A DNA stretch of 64,000 nucleotides, from positions 41,050 through 105,049 of the forward strand of contig CAVIQK010000004.1 in the NCBI GenBank assembly GCA_963644945.1, given 5' to 3'. The notes below the pieces were generated by a model that saw only the letters and a list, made by a program, of their open reading frames with translations, was not told where the DNA came from and made no database searches. Within the stretch, counting starts at the first letter, position 1; the number at the start of each line of letters is the position of its first letter. Source of the stretch: a bacterium. Its GTDB lineage: Bacteria; Bacillota; Clostridia; Christensenellales; DTU072. Of the stretch, positions 47,322 through 56,410 are shown piece after piece. The position numbers and the translations under genes are program-made.

Positions 47322-48473
47322 ATGATGGTTAAAAGGGTATTGGTATCCGTAATTTTAATTGCAGTTTTTTGCTGCGTATTGGTTGCATGTAGCACCGAAG
47401 AGGCAGACCTTGACGGCAAAGTCAAAGTCACTTTTGAATTAGAAGGTGCGACATACAAAAACAGCGATCGTCCGGTCTCTATTTATCTTGACCTTGGCGA
47501 CTCGTCCTCTGTTCTTATCACCGACATTTTTGACACCAAAGAAGGCTACGCACTCGAAAAAAACGGTTATGAAGTAACCGGTTGGTACCGCACCAAAAAT
47601 CAAGACGGCACCTATTCCGACCAATGGAATTTTTCTACCGACACCGTAGATAAAGACGGCGTCACTCTTTATGCCGATTGGCAACCGCAAATCAAATATT
47701 CATACGCAATCTACTACAAAACCGCATCGAGCGAAACGATGATCGGCACCCCTTATTACGTGAAACAAGGCGCCAAGTTCAACGATACCCTAAAACATGC
47801 ATCCAAAAAAGGTCCCAAGAATCACACTTTCTTGAAATTCGTAAAAGAAGACGGCACCGATTGGGACACATCGTTTACTCATCCGGGCGGAGATACCGAC
47901 CTAGAAATCAAAGTTTATGCCGAATATATCGAAGGCGATTGGGCTCTCGTATCCAGTTTATCCGAACTCAAAAAATCCAAAACCAACAACATTTATTTGA
48001 TGGAAGACATCGATTTTGAAGGCGGAGAATTTAATTTTGGCAACTACACCAAGCACTTCAACGGCAACGGCCATACCCTCAAAAACTTCTCCGTATCTTA
48101 CGATCCGTCAAGAGCCGGACTTGTCGAAGACAAAGAAGACAACAGCAAAAAGAGTTTGTATATTAGCCTATTCGGCAACATGAGCGGAGCGACCGTCGAA
48201 AATGTGGTTGTCGAGAATATGACAATCTCGGTCAACACCACATACAAAGGCACCTACAAAATATATGTTGCCCCGATCAGCACTTATATGACTGAATCTA
48301 CCGTAAGAAACGTCACCGTCAAGGATTTTGAACTCATTACCGTAAAAACTCCTTGGGATGCGAATGCTACGGACAAAGCAGAATATTATATAGTCAACAC
48401 CGACACCTTATATGGCGAGAAAGATACCGCCTCGGTAGTCGAAAACAGCACCGTCACCAATAAGACGGTATAA
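47322..48473 (+). CDS. surface lipoprotein with a Listeria-Bacteroides-type repeat and a beta-helix/GLUG-like C-terminal region
   Basis: The lipobox is VLVAC. The repeat signature is GYEVTGWYRT....GVTLYADW. The C-terminal segment reads FNGNGHTLKNFSV...LFGNMSGATVENVVVENMTI. Confidence 0.65.
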   Translation: MMVKRVLVSVILIAVFCCVLVACSTEEADLDGKVKVTFELEGATYKNSDRPVSIYLDLGDSSSVLITDIFDTKEGYALEKNGYEVTGWYRTKNQDGTYSDQWNFSTDTVDKDGVTLYADWQPQIKYSYAIYYKTASSETMIGTPYYVKQGAKFNDTLKHASKKGPKNHTFLKFVKEDGTDWDTSFTHPGGDTDLEIKVYAEYIEGDWALVSSLSELKKSKTNNIYLMEDIDFEGGEFNFGNYTKHFNGNGHTLKNFSVSYDPSRAGLVEDKEDNSKKSLYISLFGNMSGATVENVVVENMTISVNTTYKGTYKIYVAPISTYMTESTVRNVTVKDFELITVKTPWDANATDKAEYYIVNTDTLYGEKDTASVVENSTVTNKTV

Positions 48474-48502
48474 AAAAGAATATCAAAAACGGAGGTCGCC
48501 AA

Positions 48503-51145
48503 ATGACGAAATCAATGAAGAAGGACATTAAATTTATTGCACTCGTGATAGTAATGTTGACGGTTTTTGTGTGCGCAATCGCTCTTGCAGGTTGTGACTC
48601 CGACAAAAAGACCTACAACAACGATACGGACGCACTTGTCTTTTCCACGCTCGAACTAGACAAGGTTTTCAACCCGTTCTATTCGACGTCGGCAACAGAT
48701 AGCAACGTAGTCGGTCTTACCCAAATAAGCATGATCGGCAACGATAAAAACGGCAATTACACCTACGGAGACGACGAATCTGTAGTCACCAAAGACTTAC
48801 AAATCGTCACTTCCGGAACAAAAGACGTTGACCAAAAGACCGAATACTATTTTGTTCTCAAAAACAACGTAAGATATTCCAACGGTTCTTATCTCACAAT
48901 GAAAGACGTTCTTTTCAATCTTTACGTTTATCTTGATCCGTCCTACACAGGTTCGGCCACAATGTACTCGACCGACATCGTCGGACTCAAAGAATATCGT
49001 ACCCAAGCCTCGACCGAGCAAGAACAAGACTCTTTCAAAAAGAGATTCGAACTCGAAGCCGAAAGCAGAGTATCCAACCTTATCTATGCTTGCGAAACCA
49101 TTCTCGAACAACACAAAGACGATGCACTCTGCAAAACTCCCGAACAATTGAGAGGACTCCTCGAAGCCTACGATCTCGGTTCCGATGAAGCCAACGCCAA
49201 CCTCATTGCCGACTACGACAAGACCTTGGTACTATTCAAAGAAGAACTCGAATCTGACTATTCCAACTCCCTCAATGCCTATCAAGACATGATCTTCTAT
49301 GACAAAAACGGCGAAGAAGTCAAAGACGTCAAATTTACCACCGACGTCGAAGTCTTCCTTTACAACGAAGGCTACATTTCATGGAACAAGAAAGAGAAAA
49401 AACTCGAATCTACTCTCACAACCGACGACAATGTCGGATCCTTGAAGAACTGGACCAAAGAGCAAGCAATCAACACCGTTTACAACGGCAAAATTCCTAC
49501 CGATATCGTCGAAGTATTGTCATACTGGGTGACGGCTTCCAACCTCAACGAATATCTCACCAACCTCTCTATGGAAAACTATTTCAAAATCAACGGTTAC
49601 GAAACCAAATCGATCAAAGGAATCGAGTTTGCCAATAGAGAAACCTCCGTTGAAGTCAACGGTGTAACTTACGGTGTTCCCACTTATGCCGACGACTCCA
49701 AAAACCAAGTCGTTTCCGGCAACGAAGTTTTGAAAATAACCATAAACGACGTTGATCCTAAGGCAATATGGAACTTCTCGTTTGCAGTCGCCCCCATGTA
49801 CTATTATTCGGATGCCGAGCATATCAATGCATTTGACTATGTCGAAAATTTCGGTGTCGAATACGGCTCACAATCTTTCCAAACCAATGTAATCAAATCA
49901 TCCGCAAAAATAGGTGTCCCCGTAGGAGCAGGCCCCTACGCAGCATCCAAATCGTCGGGCGGTCTTGACAACGTAGGAAGCGGAGACTTCTACGACAAAG
50001 GTATGATTTATTACGAAGCCAATCCTTACTACGTAATGGGTGTTCCGAAAATCAAAAAAGTCCAATATAAAGTCGTAGGATCTTCCAATATCTTGAATGC
50101 TCTTTATACAGGCGAAATAGATTTTGCAGAACCCAACGCAAAACCCGAAACCATAAGCGAACTTAAAACACACAAAGAAGACGGTATCGAAAACAAATCT
50201 ATCCAAACATCCGGTTACGGCTATATCGGAATCAATGCAGGCAAAGTCCCCGATGTCAAAATTCGTCAGGTCATAATGCATGCCATCAACACCCAAGAAT
50301 GTGTTGACTACTACAAGACCGAAGCCACCGCAATTTACCGTTCAATGTCCTATTCAAGTTGGGCATATCCTACCGGATGCACCTCATATTACCCCTACAT
50401 CGGAGGTAAAGTTCCTACCGATCTTACGGTTGTCAACCCCGATTATAAAGCATTTGTAGAAGAAAAAGGCTACACAGCAGGTCAAACATTGTCTACTGCC
50501 GACCAAAAAGAATTCTTAGTAGGACTCATCGAAGAAGCCGGTTATAGAGAAAATGCTCAAGGTGTCTATCAAAAAGGTAGCAACGTCCTCAAATACACCT
50601 TCACCATCGCAGGCGAAGAGAAGGACCACCCCGCATATTCCGCACTAAAACACGCATCCGAAATCCTCAACAAAATAGGATTCTCCATCAACGTTACCAC
50701 CGATGCCCAAGCCCTCAAAAAGTTATCGACAGGTGACCTTACCGTATGGGCAGCCGCATGGAGTTCGACAATCGATCCCGATATGTACCAAGTCTATCAC
50801 AAAGATTCCACCGCATCGAGCGTACTCAACTGGGGTTATAAACAAATCAAAGCCAACGTCGGCGGAAAATACGATTACGAAAACAGCATCATCGAAGAGC
50901 TTTCCGAACTCATCGATCAAGGCAGACAAACAACCAACACCGAAGAACGTAAAACCATTTACTCTGCAGCCCTTGACCTTGTAATGCAACTGGCAATCGA
51001 ACTTCCTACATACCAAAGAGACGATTTATATGCATACAATGTAAGCAAAATCGATGCAAGCACCTTGACTCCCGACAGCGAACTTTCTCCTTACAAAGGA
51101 CTTACAAGTGACTTGCACCTCATTTCTTTGAACGTAGAAAAATAA
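48503..51145 (+). CDS. oversized family-5 (peptide/oligopeptide) ABC substrate-binding lipoprotein
   Basis: The lipobox is ALAGC. It has SBP_bac_5-like segments. It is 880 aa, versus about 520-600 for typical OppA/DppA. Confidence 0.8.
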   Translation: MTKSMKKDIKFIALVIVMLTVFVCAIALAGCDSDKKTYNNDTDALVFSTLELDKVFNPFYSTSATDSNVVGLTQISMIGNDKNGNYTYGDDESVVTKDLQIVTSGTKDVDQKTEYYFVLKNNVRYSNGSYLTMKDVLFNLYVYLDPSYTGSATMYSTDIVGLKEYRTQASTEQEQDSFKKRFELEAESRVSNLIYACETILEQHKDDALCKTPEQLRGLLEAYDLGSDEANANLIADYDKTLVLFKEELESDYSNSLNAYQDMIFYDKNGEEVKDVKFTTDVEVFLYNEGYISWNKKEKKLESTLTTDDNVGSLKNWTKEQAINTVYNGKIPTDIVEVLSYWVTASNLNEYLTNLSMENYFKINGYETKSIKGIEFANRETSVEVNGVTYGVPTYADDSKNQVVSGNEVLKITINDVDPKAIWNFSFAVAPMYYYSDAEHINAFDYVENFGVEYGSQSFQTNVIKSSAKIGVPVGAGPYAASKSSGGLDNVGSGDFYDKGMIYYEANPYYVMGVPKIKKVQYKVVGSSNILNALYTGEIDFAEPNAKPETISELKTHKEDGIENKSIQTSGYGYIGINAGKVPDVKIRQVIMHAINTQECVDYYKTEATAIYRSMSYSSWAYPTGCTSYYPYIGGKVPTDLTVVNPDYKAFVEEKGYTAGQTLSTADQKEFLVGLIEEAGYRENAQGVYQKGSNVLKYTFTIAGEEKDHPAYSALKHASEILNKIGFSINVTTDAQALKKLSTGDLTVWAAAWSSTIDPDMYQVYHKDSTASSVLNWGYKQIKANVGGKYDYENSIIEELSELIDQGRQTTNTEERKTIYSAALDLVMQLAIELPTYQRDDLYAYNVSKIDASTLTPDSELSPYKGLTSDLHLISLNVEK

Positions 51146-51157
51146 TCAAAAAAGGAA

Positions 51158-51189
51158 AAGACTTTCGGCAAGTAATCTTACCGAAAGTC
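51158..51189 (+). other. intra-operon stem-loop after the binding-protein gene
   Basis: A 10-bp perfect stem AGACTTTCGG/CCGAAAGTCT with a 12-nt loop and no T-run. It is probably an mRNA-stabilising or partial-termination element. Confidence 0.5.
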
Positions 51190-51199
51190 TATAAATAAG

Positions 51200-52552
51200 A
51201 TGTTTAAGTATATAATAAAAAGAATATTTATATCTATAATAATCTTACTCGGCGTGTCGATAATCATCTACACGCTTGTCCGTTTACTCCCGAATGACTA
51301 CGTAGATATAAAATATGCCTCCCAAATCGCACAAGGCTCTATGACTCAACAAGATTTGGACGAGTTCAAAAAACTTTACGGATTATACACCCCCGAAGCC
51401 GAAGTGTCCATAACCTACGACAGAGCGACCTATACTCGTGACGTCAAAACCTCCGACCACGACACCTCCGTAGAAGCCGACAACGTTTACACCGACTTTA
51501 TCGTAGGTACATACAAAAACGGCAACGACAAGTTAGAACTCTCCGCAGACGGTACGTTTAAAGTCGTCAAAGTAAAATACGAAACGACGGAAAACGGTTC
51601 CGAAGAAAGCCAAACAAAAGTAGAAACGGTTGATAAAACGGGTACTTTTTCGGTAAATAGCCAAAAAGAAAAGATCACCTTTACGGTATCCGGAATAGCC
51701 GTAGAAACCGATGCATCATACAGAAAATATACTTTTGGCGAAAATCTCGGCACCATCCTCAACGGCTACTTTACATGGGTAGGAAATCTCTGCAAAGGAG
51801 ATCTCGGCACCTCATTTAAGTACGAAAAACCTGTCGCCCAAGTTATAGGCGAAAACATGTGGATTTCGTTCGCAATAGCCCTTGTTGCGACCATTTTGCA
51901 ATTCTTGATTGCAATACCTCTCGGCATCTCGTCGGCAACACACCAATACTCTATAAGAGACTATGCCGTCACCGTCTTTACGATGATAGGACTCTCTCTA
52001 CCTACATATTTCTTTGCGGCAATAGTCATCAAAGTCTTTGCCGTTGACCTTGGTTGGTTGCCCACATCCGGACTTGTAGATTCGGGTACCTATCCCGCCA
52101 CATTTGCAGGATTTATGGCAAAATTCGGTAGCATCGCAAGACACTTGGTTTTGCCTATCGCAGTCAGCGTTATTTTGTCGCTAGGCGGTCTTATGAGATA
52201 CACAAGGACCAACACCCTCGAAGTTCTCAATGCCGACTACATCCGCACCGCAAGAGCCAAAGGACTTTCCGAGAAAACCGTCATCTACAAACACGCATTT
52301 AGAAACACATTGATACCTCTTGCAACCCTTCTTGCAGGTGTTCTTCCGTCCCTTTTCGGCGGAATGATGATAACCGAGCAAGTCTTTGCAATAGACGGTA
52401 TCGGCAATCTCGCATACAAAGCCCTAAAAGAAGGCGACATCCCCTTCATTATGGGTTACAACATGTTCCTTGCGATATTGACCGTCATCGGCACGCTACT
52501 TTCGGACATTATGTATTCGATAGTAGATCCTCGAGTAAAACTAGGAAAATAG
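51200..52552 (+). CDS. peptide ABC transporter permease (OppB/DppB type) with enlarged first extracytoplasmic loop
   Basis: The motif TARAKGLSE is present. It is 450 aa, versus about 310 typically. The extra region of about 130 aa lies after TM1. Confidence 0.85.
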   Translation: MFKYIIKRIFISIIILLGVSIIIYTLVRLLPNDYVDIKYASQIAQGSMTQQDLDEFKKLYGLYTPEAEVSITYDRATYTRDVKTSDHDTSVEADNVYTDFIVGTYKNGNDKLELSADGTFKVVKVKYETTENGSEESQTKVETVDKTGTFSVNSQKEKITFTVSGIAVETDASYRKYTFGENLGTILNGYFTWVGNLCKGDLGTSFKYEKPVAQVIGENMWISFAIALVATILQFLIAIPLGISSATHQYSIRDYAVTVFTMIGLSLPTYFFAAIVIKVFAVDLGWLPTSGLVDSGTYPATFAGFMAKFGSIARHLVLPIAVSVILSLGGLMRYTRTNTLEVLNADYIRTARAKGLSEKTVIYKHAFRNTLIPLATLLAGVLPSLFGGMMITEQVFAIDGIGNLAYKALKEGDIPFIMGYNMFLAILTVIGTLLSDIMYSIVDPRVKLGK

Positions 52553-52561
52553 GAGGTAGTT

Positions 52562-53749
52562 ATGAAAAATATTGATCAAAACAACGTTCTTCAAGACATG
52601 ACCGTCCGTCCCGAAACCGAAGCACTCGAACATGCCGAAGCCAATCTCGAAGAAATAACCGAAAAAGTCGAAAAAGTCGAGGAAAAACAACTTACTCAAA
52701 GCGAACAAGAAATGCTTGCCGAAGAGAAAATGGAAGCGACTTATCAAGAAATGAGTCCCATAAATCTCATTTTTAGAAGATTCTTCCGTTCAAAACTTTC
52801 AATAGTCGGTCTTGTTATGGTAGTTCTGTTGTTCCTATTTGCTTTTGTCGGACCTCTAATCTACACACGTTGGTACGATGCCTCGGCAAAAGGCAACGAA
52901 TTTGTCGTTGACCGTACCCCCGTCAAAAGTTACACCTACACGACCGAAACATATACGGACGCCAAAGGCAACACAATAGAATATGTCGAAGTCGTCGAAA
53001 AAGAAACCGAACTCAACCGTTATGCCTCCCCGTCCGGCGACCATTTCCTAGGCACCGACGACCAAGGTTACGACGTTTTCACCCGTCTTATGTACGGTGG
53101 CAGAATTTCCCTGACAATCGGCTTTATTGTCGTCATATTAGAAACGATAATAGGCATAATTTTAGGCGGAATTGCCGGCTATTTCGGTGGATGGGTTGAC
53201 AACATAATCATGCGTATAGTCGATATTTTCAACTGCATACCGGCTCTACCTATACTACTTATAGCATCTGCCGTCATTGACGGATGGAAGATAAAAGGCG
53301 CCATCACCGACGACCAACAAATCTATGTTCTCATGATCATGATAACACTATTCAGTTGGAGCGGAACGGCACGTATGGTAAGAGGACAAATCTTGGGACT
53401 TAGAGAGCAAGAATATATAACGGCAACCGAAGTCATGGGACTTTCTACCCCAAGACGAATATTCATGCACCTTATCCCCAACGTCATGCCCCAACTTATC
53501 GTTACGATGACATTAGGACTTGGCAGTGTAATTTTATACGAGTCGACACTTTCGTATTTAGGACTAGGCGTACCTATCGGCAAAGCCGCATGGGGTACAA
53601 TGATTGCCTTATCCAACGATCCCGTTGCCCTACAATACCACGTCAACACATGGCTTCCTGCAGGTATTATGATAGTCATAGCCGTATTAGGGTTCAACTT
53701 TGTCGGTGACGGCCTAAGAGACGCAATGGATCCCAAGGCGAAGAAGTGA
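52562..53749 (+). CDS. peptide ABC transporter permease (OppC/DppC type) with acidic N-terminal extension
   Basis: The motif ATEVMGLSTPRRIFMHLIPN is present. 395 aa. Confidence 0.85.
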   Translation: MKNIDQNNVLQDMTVRPETEALEHAEANLEEITEKVEKVEEKQLTQSEQEMLAEEKMEATYQEMSPINLIFRRFFRSKLSIVGLVMVVLLFLFAFVGPLIYTRWYDASAKGNEFVVDRTPVKSYTYTTETYTDAKGNTIEYVEVVEKETELNRYASPSGDHFLGTDDQGYDVFTRLMYGGRISLTIGFIVVILETIIGIILGGIAGYFGGWVDNIIMRIVDIFNCIPALPILLIASAVIDGWKIKGAITDDQQIYVLMIMITLFSWSGTARMVRGQILGLREQEYITATEVMGLSTPRRIFMHLIPNVMPQLIVTMTLGLGSVILYESTLSYLGLGVPIGKAAWGTMIALSNDPVALQYHVNTWLPAGIMIVIAVLGFNFVGDGLRDAMDPKAKK

Positions 53750-53756
53750 GGTTTTT

Positions 53757-54923
53757 ATGAGCGAGAAAAACAGCAATTACATATCAATAAAAGAAAGTCG
53801 TAAAATCCTCAAATACAACAATCGCCAAATGAGGTATTACGAAAAACTCAAAAAGCAAAAACGCCAACCGTCGGAGTTCACCACCACAATGAAAAACCCC
53901 GACAATATCATAGAGATTGACGACCTCAAAACCGTATTTTTCACCGACAACGGCACAGTTATGTCGGTAAACGGCGTATCTTTCGACATTCCAAAACAAA
54001 AGATTGTCGGAGTAGTAGGAGAATCGGGCTGTGGCAAGAGTGTCACATCACTATCGATAATGCAGTTGGTTCAAGCCCCCCAAGGCCAAATCGTAGGCGG
54101 ACAAATAAGATTCAATTCGGGCGAATTAGGCGAAGACCAAGACGGCAAAAAACAAGCCTATGACATAGTCAAAATGCCTACCGAAGAGATTTATAAGGTT
54201 AGAGGCAAAGATATCACAATGATATTCCAAGAGCCTATGACCAGTCTAAACCCCGTCTTTACTATCGGCAACCAACTAGACGAAGTCAGTTTCACGCACA
54301 ACCCCGAAATATCCAAAGAAGATGCGATGAAATGTAGCATAGACATGCTAAAAAAGGTCGGCATCGCTATGCCGGAACACGTCTATAAAAGTTATCCGCA
54401 CGAACTTTCCGGCGGAATGAGACAAAGAGTAATGATCGCCATGGCACTCGTAGGCAACCCAAAACTTATTATTGCCGACGAGCCGACTACCGCCCTTGAC
54501 GTCACTATTCAAGCCCAAATACTCGAACTCTTGAAAAAACTTCAACAAGAAGAAGGTTGTTCGATAATGCTCATCACCCACGACCTCGGAGTCATTGCCG
54601 AAATGGCAGACGACGTCGTCGTAATGTACGCAGGCAAAGTCATCGAAAAAGGCACCGCCAAAGAGATTTTCCACAATCCCTTGCACCCCTACACCAGAGG
54701 ACTCCAAAAGAGTAAACCGCTCATCACGTCATCCTCGACCGAGCCCCTTTATTCTATCCCCGGACAAGTCCCCAATCCTATCAACTTGCCGGATGCCTGC
54801 TATTTCAAGAACAGATGCGAATTCTGTTCCGAAAAGTGCAACAACGGTTACCCTAAAGAAATAAAAGTCAGTGACACTCATTACGTTTCGTGCTATCTAT
54901 ACGAAAATGCGGAGGAAAAATGA
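53757..54923 (+). CDS. peptide ABC transporter ATPase (OppD type)
   Basis: Walker A GESGCGKS, signature LSGGMRQR and the C-terminal oligopeptide-type Cys motif are present. It has an N-terminal extension of about 50 aa. Confidence 0.88.
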   Translation: MSEKNSNYISIKESRKILKYNNRQMRYYEKLKKQKRQPSEFTTTMKNPDNIIEIDDLKTVFFTDNGTVMSVNGVSFDIPKQKIVGVVGESGCGKSVTSLSIMQLVQAPQGQIVGGQIRFNSGELGEDQDGKKQAYDIVKMPTEEIYKVRGKDITMIFQEPMTSLNPVFTIGNQLDEVSFTHNPEISKEDAMKCSIDMLKKVGIAMPEHVYKSYPHELSGGMRQRVMIAMALVGNPKLIIADEPTTALDVTIQAQILELLKKLQQEEGCSIMLITHDLGVIAEMADDVVVMYAGKVIEKGTAKEIFHNPLHPYTRGLQKSKPLITSSSTEPLYSIPGQVPNPINLPDACYFKNRCEFCSEKCNNGYPKEIKVSDTHYVSCYLYENAEEK

Positions 54924-54924
54924 T

Positions 54925-56178
54925 ATGGAAGAAGTAAAGAATATTGTTCAAGAAGACAAAATTACCGAAGAATCTACCATTGTTTCCCCCGAAAATGTTG
55001 AAAAAAACGACGAAAACATTTTGGTTGTAGATGATCTCAAAAAATATTTTGTCATTGACACCGATCTTTTGGGACGCCCTACTAAGCACCTAAAAGCCGT
55101 TGACGGAGTCACGTTTACCATCAAAAAAGGCAAAACCTTAGGAGTTGTCGGCGAGTCCGGTTGCGGTAAAACCACACTTGGCCGTACTATTCTAAAACTA
55201 CATGAGTCTAGCGGAGGAAAAATATTCTTCGAAGGCGACGACATAACCAAATTGTCAAAACGCAAAATGCGTAAATATCGTACGGATATGCAACTCGTTT
55301 TCCAAGATCCCTATTCGAGTTTGCCCCCTCGTATGACCGTCGGCAATATCATAGCCGAAGCCGTCAAAGTACACAAAATAGTACCCAAAAAGGAAGTCCC
55401 CCAATATGTACGTAAAGTCATGAAAGAATGCGGACTTCAAATGCAATATTACGATAGATACCCCCACGAGTTTTCAGGTGGTCAAAGACAACGTATCTGC
55501 ATTGCACGGGCCCTTGCCGTCAATCCAAAACTTGTCATTTGTGACGAGCCTGTATCCGCTCTTGACGTGTCTATCCAAGCCCAAATAATCAACCTTCTCA
55601 AAGAACTTCAAACCACCAAAGGGCTTACATATCTGTTTATATCGCACGACTTGTCGGTCGTCAAATACATCACCGACGACATTTTGGTTATGTATCTCGG
55701 CAATATGATGGAAATAGGCGATACCGACGAACTGTTCGATCATCCGCTCCACCCCTACACGAGAGCGCTTTTCTCGGCAGTTCCCGTCCCCGATCCCGAC
55801 GTCAAGATAGACAGAATTATCCTAAAAGGCGACATCCCGTCCCCCGCCAATCCTCCCAAGGGATGCAAGTTCCACACCCGTTGTTCGGAGTGTATGAGCG
55901 TATGTAAATACATGTCCCCCAAGATGATAGAAGTGAGCGAAGGACACCGAGTCGCATGCCACCTATACGATCAAGAAGTAATGTCGGATCTTGCCAAATA
56001 CGACCAAGAATATGAGGCTATTTTGCAAGAAGAACAACGAAAAGAAGAAGAAAAGAAAAACAAAAAAAGTTTTCTTGACAAAGTAAAAAATCTGTTTAGC
56101 AAAGAGAAAAAGCACTCAAAAGAGGACGAAGAGTCCGCTTCCCAAAAAGAAAATGAACAAGAAGAGTGCCAAGAATAA
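54925..56178 (+). CDS. peptide ABC transporter ATPase (OppF type) with KE-rich C-terminal tail
   Basis: The start is chosen at MEEVKNIV, which has a GGAGGA RBS. Walker A GESGCGKTT and signature FSGGQRQR are present. Confidence 0.88.
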   Translation: MEEVKNIVQEDKITEESTIVSPENVEKNDENILVVDDLKKYFVIDTDLLGRPTKHLKAVDGVTFTIKKGKTLGVVGESGCGKTTLGRTILKLHESSGGKIFFEGDDITKLSKRKMRKYRTDMQLVFQDPYSSLPPRMTVGNIIAEAVKVHKIVPKKEVPQYVRKVMKECGLQMQYYDRYPHEFSGGQRQRICIARALAVNPKLVICDEPVSALDVSIQAQIINLLKELQTTKGLTYLFISHDLSVVKYITDDILVMYLGNMMEIGDTDELFDHPLHPYTRALFSAVPVPDPDVKIDRIILKGDIPSPANPPKGCKFHTRCSECMSVCKYMSPKMIEVSEGHRVACHLYDQEVMSDLAKYDQEYEAILQEEQRKEEEKKNKKSFLDKVKNLFSKEKKHSKEDEESASQKENEQEECQE

Positions 56179-56398
56179 ATATGTAGATGACGGACACACT
56201 CTATACGATATGTCGGGAGTAGGCAGTCCGGAACAACTAAAACACACCGAAAAAGAGAGTAAAGCCAAAGTCGGACTTACTTTCAAAGAAAAAATGACCG
56301 CAATTAAAGCTGCATTTCAGGTTTACGCCCCAATATTTTTTGGAGTTTTGGCTTGCTTTACAGTCGTAGCGTTGATGCTATGGTTGTGGTTGAAGTAA
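56153..56398 (+). CDS. small C-terminally anchored membrane protein (hypothetical)
   Basis: 81 aa with a single C-terminal TM helix (IFFGVLACFTVVALMLWLWL). It overlaps the oppF end by 26 nt. There is no clear RBS and the start is uncertain. Confidence 0.35.
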   Translation: MNKKSAKNKYVDDGHTLYDMSGVGSPEQLKHTEKESKAKVGLTFKEKMTAIKAAFQVYAPIFFGVLACFTVVALMLWLWLK

Positions 56399-56410
56399 AA
56401 CGAGGGATAT

